A stretch of 64,000 nt of DNA from Actinomycetota bacterium. GTDB lineage: Bacteria; Actinomycetota; Acidimicrobiia; Acidimicrobiales; JACCXE01. The notes under the pieces were generated by a model. It searched no databases and was not told the DNA's origin. It saw only the letters and a program-made list of their open reading frames with translations. Made by a program: the position numbers and the translations under genes. Shown piece by piece: positions 56,983 through 64,000 of this stretch; position 1 is the first letter of the stretch, and each line of letters starts with the position of its first letter. The DNA is taken from the NCBI GenBank assembly GCA_041166405.1, contig JBEEFV010000027.1, positions 539 through 64,538 on the forward strand. Reading direction: 5' to 3'.

Positions 56983-58086
56983 GTGTCGGCGGGTCCAATT
57001 ATCTGGGAGCTGCTGGTGGCCGTTTCACCACTCGACGTCGAGACCGACGCGATGCTGGTATTCGCCGCGCAAGACGGCGACGCCGACGCCTTCTCCGAAC
57101 TGTTCCGCCGCCACTATCAGACCGTGCGCCGCGCTTGCGCCCGCCGTCTGCACGACATCCGCGAAGCTGACGAAGTCGCGCAAGCCGCCTTCGTTCGTGC
57201 GTACGAACGTCTCGACCGCTGCACCGGTGACCGTCGCTTCGGCGCCTGGGTGCAGGTCATCGCCAACAACCTGTGCGTCGACCACATGCGCGCCGCCGCG
57301 CGGACGACCCCGTCTGACGAAGTCGGCAACGACAGCGCCGAGCCCGCCGAGAACGCGCCCGAGAACGCCGTCCTGCGCGCCGAGCAAGCCGTGCTTATCC
57401 AGCGTGCGCTCGCCGCGCTGCCCGATCGTCAGCGCGACGTCGTGGTCGCCCGCGACGTCGACGGGCGCCGCCCGCCGGAGATCGCCGCCGCGCTCGGCCT
57501 GTCGCTCGGCGCCGTCGACTCGCTCCTGCTGCGGGCGCGCCGTCGCCTGGCCGCGTCGGTGCAGGCAATGTCGACCGAGTCCGGTGCGGCCAGCGCCGCA
57601 ACCACCACCGCGGTCACCGCCGTGAGTGCGGGTGTCACGCACTTCGGCACGCTTAGCCGTTTCGCGCAGTCGGTATCGGAAGCGATCGCCGCTGCGTCGT
57701 ACCACGTCGCCGCCACCGTGGGCATGGTGCCCGGAATGCCGTCGGTCGTCGCGCAAGCCGCGCCCGCCGCTGCTGCGGGCGCGATCGCGCTCGCGCCGTT
57801 CGGGCTCGGCGCGCCGAGCACGCACGTCACGCCGCCGCCGGTTCCGGCAGTCACCGCCACGGTCCCGAGCGTCCCCGCGACCCCGGGCACGCGGACGCTC
57901 ACCGGCACCGTCACCGCCGAGACCAGCCCGATCGTCGCACCGCACGTCGACGTTCCGGCGAGTGCACCGCCCGCCGCCAACCGCTCCGGTGTCACCTCGT
58001 CCAGCGTCGCCCCGCCCGCAGGCCAGACTGGTCTCGTGCCCGCGGTCACCGAACTTCTCACCAAGACCCTCCGCGCCGACAAGTGA
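56983..58086 (+). CDS. ECF-type sigma-70 family factor with ~200-aa Ala/Pro/Thr/Val-rich C-terminal extension
   Basis: Track ORF 56881-58086. The start is uncertain (GTG 56983, GTG 57016 or ATG 57052). Region 2: DADAFSELFRRHYQTVRRACARRL, FGAWVQVIANNLCVDHMR. Region 4: LPDRQRDVVVARDVDGRRPPEIAAALGLSLGAVDSLLLRARRRL. The extension keeps a GC3-rich frame through to the stop. Confidence 0.75.
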   Translation: MSAGPIIWELLVAVSPLDVETDAMLVFAAQDGDADAFSELFRRHYQTVRRACARRLHDIREADEVAQAAFVRAYERLDRCTGDRRFGAWVQVIANNLCVDHMRAAARTTPSDEVGNDSAEPAENAPENAVLRAEQAVLIQRALAALPDRQRDVVVARDVDGRRPPEIAAALGLSLGAVDSLLLRARRRLAASVQAMSTESGAASAATTTAVTAVSAGVTHFGTLSRFAQSVSEAIAAASYHVAATVGMVPGMPSVVAQAAPAAAAGAIALAPFGLGAPSTHVTPPPVPAVTATVPSVPATPGTRTLTGTVTAETSPIVAPHVDVPASAPPAANRSGVTSSSVAPPAGQTGLVPAVTELLTKTLRADK

Positions 58087-59519
58087 CCTCCGCCGACGCG
58101 CCTGAGCTGCGCGAGGCGTGTGGGGTCTTCGGCATCTACGCGCCCGGCCGCGCCGTCTCGTACGCGATCTACGACGGGCTGTTCGCGCTCCAGCACCGCG
58201 GGCAGGAGTCCGCGGGAATGGCGGTCTCCGACGGCCGCTTCGTCGAAGTGACGAAGGACATGGGCCTCGTGTCCAACGTCTTCAACAAGAACATCCTCGC
58301 CGCGCTCACCGGGCATCTCGGCATGGGCCACACGCGCTACTCGACGACGGGTTCTTCGGAGTGGCACAACGCGCAACCGATCTACCGCACGGTCGGCGAC
58401 GCCGGCTTCGCGCTCGGCCACAACGGGAATCTCACGAACACCGTGTCGCTCGTCGAACAGTCGGGGATGCTCGCCGGCACGGTGTCGTCCGACAGCGACC
58501 TCATCGGCGAGCTGATCTCGCGTGCGTACCCGGCCGAAGAGTCAGCCGACGGGCGCGACCTCGAGCGCGCCATGGTGCAAGTGCTGCCGAAGTTGGACGG
58601 CGCGTTCAGCCTCGTCGTGATGGACGCCAGCCACGTTGTCGGCGTGCGCGACCCGAACGGCTTCCGCCCGCTGTGCCTCGGCAAGATCGACGGCGGCTGG
58701 GTCATCGCGTCGGAGAGCCCCGCGCTCGACATCGTCGGCGCTCACTTCGTCCGTGAAATCGATCCCGGCGAGATGGTCGTGATCGACGCGTCGGGCCTGC
58801 GCTCGCTGCACCCGTTCCCGACGGATCGCGTCGCCCCGAAGCTGTGCATGGTCGAGTTCGTCTACTTCTCGCGTCCCGACGCCCAGCTCTACGGCAAGGA
58901 AGTGCACGGCGCGCGTCGCCGCATGGGCGAGCTGCTGGCCGAACAGGCGCCCGTCGACGCCGACATGGTCATGGGCGTGCCCGAGTCGAGCCTGCCGGCG
59001 GCCGAGGGTTACGCGAAGCGCTCGGGTATTCCCTACGGCCAGGGACTCGTGAAGAACCGCTACATCGGCCGCACGTTCATCGCGCCCGACCAGGCAAGCC
59101 GCGACGCCGGCGTGCGCCGCAAGTTCAACCCGTTGCGCGACAACGTCGCCGGCAAGCGGCTGATCGTCGTCGAGGACTCGATCGTGCGCGGCACGACGCA
59201 CAAAGCCGTCGTGCGCATGCTGCGCGAGGCCGGCGCCGCCGAGATCCACCTGCGCGTCACGCTGCCGCCGTGGAAGTGGCCGTGCGTGTACGGCATCGAC
59301 ACCGGCACGAAGGCGGAGTTGATCGCCGCCAACATGACCGTCGACGAGATCCGCGACTACCTCGGCGCCGACTCGCTCGCCTACCTGCAGCTCGACAAGT
59401 TGGTCGAGGCCATCGACGCACCGGGCGCGGGCTTCTGCACCGCGTGCCTCACCGGCGAGTACCCCGTGACGCCCGACGTGGCGCTGTCCAAGGGAGTCCT
59501 CGAAGCCAGTCGTGCCTGA
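58083..59519 (+). CDS. purF: Amidophosphoribosyltransferase
   Basis: 478 aa. The GTG overlaps the sigma-factor stop (GTGA). Propeptide, then CGVFGIYA. Also ALQHRGQESAGM and a C-terminal Cys cluster. Confidence 0.96.
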   Translation: MTSADAPELREACGVFGIYAPGRAVSYAIYDGLFALQHRGQESAGMAVSDGRFVEVTKDMGLVSNVFNKNILAALTGHLGMGHTRYSTTGSSEWHNAQPIYRTVGDAGFALGHNGNLTNTVSLVEQSGMLAGTVSSDSDLIGELISRAYPAEESADGRDLERAMVQVLPKLDGAFSLVVMDASHVVGVRDPNGFRPLCLGKIDGGWVIASESPALDIVGAHFVREIDPGEMVVIDASGLRSLHPFPTDRVAPKLCMVEFVYFSRPDAQLYGKEVHGARRRMGELLAEQAPVDADMVMGVPESSLPAAEGYAKRSGIPYGQGLVKNRYIGRTFIAPDQASRDAGVRRKFNPLRDNVAGKRLIVVEDSIVRGTTHKAVVRMLREAGAAEIHLRVTLPPWKWPCVYGIDTGTKAELIAANMTVDEIRDYLGADSLAYLQLDKLVEAIDAPGAGFCTACLTGEYPVTPDVALSKGVLEASRA

Positions 59520-60564
59520 CGCGAAGCCCGACAAGAAGCTCAGCTACAAAAGCGCGGGCGTTGACATCGCTGCCGGCGAAGAAGCGGTGCGGCGCATCCG
59601 CGACCACGTGCGCTCGACGTTCCGTCCCGAAGTCATCGGCGACATCGGCGGGTTCGGCGGACTCTTCGGCTTCCCGGCCGGCCGCTACAAGAACCCGGTC
59701 CTCGTCAGCTCGACCGACGGCACCGGCACCAAAGCGCTGATCGCGCAGGCAACCGGGCGGTTCACGACGATCGGCCAGGACCTCGTCGCCATGTGCGTCG
59801 ACGACATCGTGTGCCAGGGCGCCGAGCCGCTGTTCTTCAACGACTACATCGCGGTCGGCAAGCTCGACCCGCACCAGATCGACCAACTCGTCGCCGGCAT
59901 CGCCGAAGGTTGTCGCATCGCGGGGTGCGCGCTCGTCGGCGGCGAGATGGCCGAGCACCCCGGCGCGATGAAGGAGGGCGAGTTCGACCTCGTCGGCTTC
60001 ACCGTCGGCGTCGTCGAGCGCGACCGATTGATCACCGGCGACCACGTGCGCGCCGGCGACGTGCTCATCGGCCTGCCGTCGCCCAACCTGCGCTCGAACG
60101 GCTACTCGTTGGCGCGCAAAGCGCTGCTCGAAGTCGACGGCCGCTCGCTCGACGCTCCGGCGTACAAGGGCGCGCACCACTCGCTCGCCGACGAACTGCT
60201 CAGCCCGTCGGTCATCTACGCGCCGGCGATCCTCGAGCTGCTGCGCCACGTCGACGTGCACGGTGTCGCACACATCACCGGCGGTGGGATCCCGGGGAAC
60301 CTCAACCGCGTGCTGCCGGGCGGCTGCGACGCCGTCGTCGACCGCCGGCGTTTCGAGACGCCGCGGATCTTCCAAGAGATCCAGCACATCGGTGAGATCC
60401 CCGACGCAGAAATGGCCTCGACGTTCAACCTCGGTCTCGGCATGATCGTCGTCGTGCCCCCGAGCGACGCCTACAAAGCGCTCGACGTACTGCGCGCCGC
60501 CGGTCATCGCGCCGTGCAGGTGGGCGAGATCGTCGAGGGCGGCGGCGAGGTTCACCTTGCCTAA
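59512..60564 (+). CDS. purM: AIR synthetase (phosphoribosylformylglycinamidine cyclo-ligase)
   Basis: 350 aa, 8-nt overlap with purF: SYKSAGVDIAAGE, LVSSTDGTGTK, DLVAMCVDDIV, GGEMAEHPG. Confidence 0.96.
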   Translation: MPDAKPDKKLSYKSAGVDIAAGEEAVRRIRDHVRSTFRPEVIGDIGGFGGLFGFPAGRYKNPVLVSSTDGTGTKALIAQATGRFTTIGQDLVAMCVDDIVCQGAEPLFFNDYIAVGKLDPHQIDQLVAGIAEGCRIAGCALVGGEMAEHPGAMKEGEFDLVGFTVGVVERDRLITGDHVRAGDVLIGLPSPNLRSNGYSLARKALLEVDGRSLDAPAYKGAHHSLADELLSPSVIYAPAILELLRHVDVHGVAHITGGGIPGNLNRVLPGGCDAVVDRRRFETPRIFQEIQHIGEIPDAEMASTFNLGLGMIVVVPPSDAYKALDVLRAAGHRAVQVGEIVEGGGEVHLA

Positions 60565-61111
60565 CGCCGCCCTGGTCGAGCATCTGCTCAAGTACTCGGT
60601 CAAGCGCGGCGACTTCACGCTCAAGTCGGGCAAGAAGAGCCCGTACTTCCTCGACTCCAAACAGACGGCGTGCCGCCCCGACGGCGTCTTGCTCGTCGCC
60701 CAGGCCGCGCTCGAAGTCATCCCCGCAGAGGCCACGGCCATCGGCGGGCTCACGATGGGAGCCGACCCGATCGCGTTCGCAACGGCGGCCTACGCGGCGA
60801 CGGTCGGCCGATCGCTCAAGTCGTTCTCCGTCCGCAAGGAAGTAAAAGACCACGGCGGCGGCGGTCGCATCGCCGGGGCCCTCGACCCGGGCGACAAGGT
60901 CGTCCTCACCGAAGACACGGCCTCGCGCGGCGTTTCGATCCTGGAAGCGGCCGACGCTGTCCGCGCCGAGGGAGCGGAGCCGATCCTCATGCTGACCCTT
61001 GTCGACCGGGGCGGTACCGCGGCCGGCTACGCCGCCGAAGCCGGCATCCCCTTTGTCGCCCTGGTCACCGCGCCCGACTTGGGCTTCGACTACGACGGCC
61101 CGGTGTCTTGA
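60557..61111 (+). CDS. pyrE: Orotate phosphoribosyltransferase
   Basis: 184 aa, TTG start, 8-nt overlap with purM: RGDFTLKSGKKSPYFLD, VVLTEDTASRGVS (PRPP loop). Confidence 0.9.
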   Translation: MPNAALVEHLLKYSVKRGDFTLKSGKKSPYFLDSKQTACRPDGVLLVAQAALEVIPAEATAIGGLTMGADPIAFATAAYAATVGRSLKSFSVRKEVKDHGGGGRIAGALDPGDKVVLTEDTASRGVSILEAADAVRAEGAEPILMLTLVDRGGTAAGYAAEAGIPFVALVTAPDLGFDYDGPVS

Positions 61112-61641
61112 TCGAAGCCGTCGTGCTGCACCCGCCGGTATTCGAGTTCTTCGCCGGCGCCGAACACGCCGAAGGCGAACTCGAATACATCGGCGACGCA
61201 CTCGGCGTCGACGTCGTCGTCAAGCGATGGATTGACGGGTGGACGCGCGACTACGAGAACGACGGTGCGCGCAACGAGGACTGGTACGGCTGGAACGTCG
61301 CATTGCTCGCGCCCATGGCGTCGACGATCGAGAAGGTCCGCATCAATCCCGAGACGAACACGCCGGGGACGATGGGCAAACCGCCGGCGAGTGCGATCCA
61401 ATTCCTCGGCGACGACGGCGTGCGCGTGACCTACGGCCACGTGCAAGACGTGCGCGTCGCCGAAGGCGCTCGCGTCGTGGCCGGCGATGTCGTGGCGCTG
61501 ATCGGCAACAACGGCATGTGTTGGCATCCGCACGTGCACATCGGCGCCTGGCGCGACGACACCCCGCTCCAGATCCGGTTCGACCTCGCCGCCCTCGGCC
61601 GCCTCCGCCGCGACCGAAACTTTTACGACGGATTGATGTGA
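61108..61641 (+). CDS. M23/LytM-like domain protein, apparently degenerate at the first metal-ligand motif and lacking a signal peptide
   Basis: Track ORF 60670-61641 trimmed to TTG 61108 (TTGA overlap with pyrE; GTG 61123 is an alternative). C-terminus VTYGHVQDVRVAEGARVVAGDVVALIGNNGMCWHPHVHIGAW resembles the M23 YxH..G..V..G..iG..G...HxH block. Confidence 0.5.
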   Translation: MIEAVVLHPPVFEFFAGAEHAEGELEYIGDALGVDVVVKRWIDGWTRDYENDGARNEDWYGWNVALLAPMASTIEKVRINPETNTPGTMGKPPASAIQFLGDDGVRVTYGHVQDVRVAEGARVVAGDVVALIGNNGMCWHPHVHIGAWRDDTPLQIRFDLAALGRLRRDRNFYDGLM

Positions 61642-61656
61642 CCGTGGGCGTCTCGG

Positions 61657-61673
61657 GGGCGGCTAGGCCGCCC
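61657..61673. terminator. Short GC hairpin (gggcggc-tag-gccgccc) nested in an outer ggcgtct/agacgcc pairing, between convergent genes
   Basis: Read directly in the 55-nt gap between the stops at 61641 (+) and 61697 (-). No U-tract. Confidence 0.3.
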
Positions 61674-61696
61674 TCGCTACGCCCAGACGCCAAGAG

Positions 61697-63775
61697 TCAG
61701 TAGGCGAGAAGGTCCTTGATCGCCACCGCGATGTCGTCGACTTGGGGGAGGACGGCGTTTTCGAGGGTCGGTTCGTAGGCGACGTGGGTGTCGATGGCGG
61801 CGACGCGGCGGACGGGCGCGTCGAGTGACTCGAAGCAGTGCTCGGCGACCCACGCCGCCACCTCGGCGCCAAAGCCGCAGGTGATGACGTCCTCGTGGAC
61901 GACGAGGCAGCGTCCCGTCTTGGCGATGGACGACCCAACGAGGTCGTGGTCCCACGGGATCAGCCACCGCAGGTCGATCAACTCGACCTCGTCGTCGACG
62001 CCGAGTTGCGCGATGGCGCGCCGCGTCTTTTCCATCGTGGCGCCGTACGACACGATCGTGAGCGCGGACCCTTCACTGTCGACGACGCCTTTGCCGAACG
62101 GGACGACGTAGTCCTCGGGCGGGAACGGGTCCACGGTGTAGGGCTGGCGCAACAGGTGCTTGTGCTCGAGGAACATGATCGGGTCCTCGGCGGCGAAGGC
62201 GGCGCGCAACATGCCCGCAGCGTCACGGGCGCGTGACGGGAACCCGATCGTCAGCCCGGGAACGTGGGCGAAGATCGACTCGCCGCATTGCGAGTGCCAG
62301 ATGGCGCCACCGGTGAGATAGCCGCCGATCGGGACCCGCAGAACCATCGGGACGTTGAACGCCCCGTTCGACCGCCACCGCGCCGTGGCGGCTTCGGTCT
62401 TGATCTGTTGCATGGCCGGCCAGATGTAATCGAAGAACTGAACTTCGGGCGCGGGACGCAAACCACGGAACGCCTGGCCCACCGCGCGCCCGACGATGTT
62501 GGCCTCGGCGAGCGGCGTGTTGAAGCAACGTGCGCGTCCGAACTCGCGCTGGAGGCCGTGCGTCGTGCCGAACACGCCGCCTTTGCCTTCGACGTCTTTG
62601 AGCAACGTCTCGCGCGCGTCGCCGACGTCTTCGCCGAACACGCGGATGCGCTCGTCCTTCGCCATCATCTCGTGCAGCGTGAGCTTGATCGCCTCGCCAA
62701 ACGCGACGGGCGCGCCGGCTTCGGACGGGTCGTAGGCGCGCTCGGTCAACTGCGGAAGCGCTTTGACATGCGACTCGATGGTCGCCGGATCGGGGCGAGG
62801 CGCCGCCATCGCTTCCTTCGCGGCGTCGGCGACGGTTTGGAACGCTTCGTCACGCAACGCCTGCGCCTCGTCAGGGCTCAGCACGCCGCCGTCGACCAGC
62901 GCCGCTTCCAGGACTGTGATCGGGTCGTGTATTGCCTCGTCGGCCAACTCGTCAGACGAGCGGTACTTGCTCTGCGTGTCGGCCGCCGAGTGCGAGTACG
63001 GCCGCGTCACCGTGGCGTGAATCAGCGCGGGACCCTCCGACGCCCGCACGCGCGCGATCGCTTCGGCGCCCTTTCGGCGCGCTTCGAAGTAGTCGCGTCC
63101 GTCGAAGCGATGAATCGCCAAGCCGCGGAAGCCCTGCACGAGCTCGGCAACCGGCGCCGGCGACTGCTCACTGGCCGGCACGGAGATGGCGAAGCCGTTG
63201 TCGGCGACGACGTACAGCACCGGCAGGTGCTCGGTGCACGCCGTGTTGAGGCTCTCCCAAAACTCGCCTTCGGATGTCGCGCCTTCGCCCAGCGACACAT
63301 ACGTGAGCTCGTCGCCGTGGGCGACACAGCCGGGCAGGTCACGGCGGCCGATGTAGCGCGCCGCCTCGGCGCAGCCGACGGCGGGGATGCACTGCGTGCC
63401 CGTCGCGCTCGTCTGGCTGACGATGTTGAGCTCCTTATGACCCCAGTGGCACGGCATTTGGCGCCCGCCGGAGGCAGGGTCGAGCACCGAGCCGACCGCT
63501 TCGTAGAGGATTTCGGTCGGCGTGACGCCTAGCGCCAGCATCAGCGAGCGGTCGCGGTAGTAGGGGAAGAACCAGTCGTACGCAGGCCGAAGACTCCGCG
63601 CCAGGCCCAGGAGGAGCGCCTCGTGGCCCGCTCCCGAGATCTGGAAGAACACGCGGCTCTGCTTTTGCAGCGCGATCTCACGATCGTCGAGGCACCGGGA
63701 AATGTGGGCTCGACGGAGATCTTCGACCAATTCCTTCACCGGGAATCCCCGGAAGGTCCCCTCAGCGGTTCCCAT
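61697..63775 (-). CDS. Fused alpha/beta E1 component of a TPP-dependent 2-oxoacid dehydrogenase (BCKDH/PDH-like)
   Basis: 692 aa. The alpha part has GEGATSEGEFWESLN and VVADNGFAIS. The beta part has VFGEDVG, NTPLAEANIVGRAVG and FLEHKHL. Confidence 0.9.
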   Translation of the reverse strand: MGTAEGTFRGFPVKELVEDLRRAHISRCLDDREIALQKQSRVFFQISGAGHEALLLGLARSLRPAYDWFFPYYRDRSLMLALGVTPTEILYEAVGSVLDPASGGRQMPCHWGHKELNIVSQTSATGTQCIPAVGCAEAARYIGRRDLPGCVAHGDELTYVSLGEGATSEGEFWESLNTACTEHLPVLYVVADNGFAISVPASEQSPAPVAELVQGFRGLAIHRFDGRDYFEARRKGAEAIARVRASEGPALIHATVTRPYSHSAADTQSKYRSSDELADEAIHDPITVLEAALVDGGVLSPDEAQALRDEAFQTVADAAKEAMAAPRPDPATIESHVKALPQLTERAYDPSEAGAPVAFGEAIKLTLHEMMAKDERIRVFGEDVGDARETLLKDVEGKGGVFGTTHGLQREFGRARCFNTPLAEANIVGRAVGQAFRGLRPAPEVQFFDYIWPAMQQIKTEAATARWRSNGAFNVPMVLRVPIGGYLTGGAIWHSQCGESIFAHVPGLTIGFPSRARDAAGMLRAAFAAEDPIMFLEHKHLLRQPYTVDPFPPEDYVVPFGKGVVDSEGSALTIVSYGATMEKTRRAIAQLGVDDEVELIDLRWLIPWDHDLVGSSIAKTGRCLVVHEDVITCGFGAEVAAWVAEHCFESLDAPVRRVAAIDTHVAYEPTLENAVLPQVDDIAVAIKDLLAY

Positions 63776-63801
63776 CGCGCTCCATGGGTATCACACAATG
63801 C

Positions 63802-64000
63802 ATGGCAGGCCTGGCCGTCATCACCGAGGCGTGCATCGACGTCAAAGACCGCGCCTGCGTGGACGTTTGCCCCGTGCAGTGCATCTACGAATTCGACGCC
63901 GCGAAGAACATCCTTTTTTCCGAGGACGAGCACGACAGCGGCGAGATCGAAAACACGCACACACCGAACGCCGACGAGGTGGCGGTGTTCGCCGACACGA
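63802..64000 (+). CDS. Ferredoxin (FdxA-like 3Fe-4S/4Fe-4S type), 3-prime truncated by the window end
   Basis: Not in the ORF track because it runs off the end. Translation: MAGLAVITEACIDVKDRACVDVCPVQCIYEF. An in-frame ATG also exists at 63784. Confidence 0.75.
   Translation, partial: MAGLAVITEACIDVKDRACVDVCPVQCIYEFDAAKNILFSEDEHDSGEIENTHTPNADEVAVFADT

Overview
Overview: this is a very GC-rich segment with actinobacterium-like, GC3-dominated codon usage. It is almost gap-free, with about 62 credible CDS. I saw no rRNA, tRNA, CRISPR array, transposase or integrase. Two themes are interleaved.

(i) De novo purine synthesis is split into four blocks:
- purA (22.7 kb)
- an RpiR-like regulator divergent from purD-purE-purB-purC-purS-purQ (26-31.6 kb)
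- purL (32.2 kb)
- ECF sigma-purF-purM-pyrE (57-61 kb)

(ii) Two large envelope-glycan loci.
- Locus 1 (0.1-22.7 kb) holds a GT26, a priming sugar-phosphate transferase, an acetyltransferase, GT4/GT2 genes and wecB. It also holds a trio of CMP-sugar-synthetase-like, 2-hydroxyacid dehydrogenase and SDR genes, a Cst-II/DUF115-like transferase, a Wzy-like polymerase, a BY-kinase co-polymerase, a DUF4012 protein, a sulfotransferase and an FkbM methyltransferase.
- Locus 2 (34.4-56.9 kb) holds two Thr-type alkaline-phosphatase-superfamily enzymes, an Alg14/Alg13-like split GT, nine more GT2/GT4 genes, a kinase-less PCP and a second O-antigen-ligase/polymerase-like protein. It also holds a secreted GH5, an acetyltransferase, two methyltransferases, a Wzm/Wzt ABC exporter whose Wzt has a C-terminal glycan-binding-type domain, an SGNH hydrolase and a second sulfotransferase.

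The right end carries a fused E1 alpha/beta 2-oxoacid dehydrogenase and a truncated ferredoxin.

Most noteworthy:
- machinery for a probably sulfated/methylated/acetylated glycan, with both Wzy-type and ABC-type components
- an orphan CMP-sugar module beside a sialyltransferase-like enzyme
- a CTGCAA-N5-TTGCAG palindrome family in front of purD, with a related box in front of the sigma-purF operon, next to an RpiR/SIS regulator
- several long perfect or near-perfect inverted repeats
- a (CTT)n polypyrimidine microsatellite
- housekeeping pur genes translationally coupled to non-purine genes

All functional calls come from motif recognition by eye. No database search was run.
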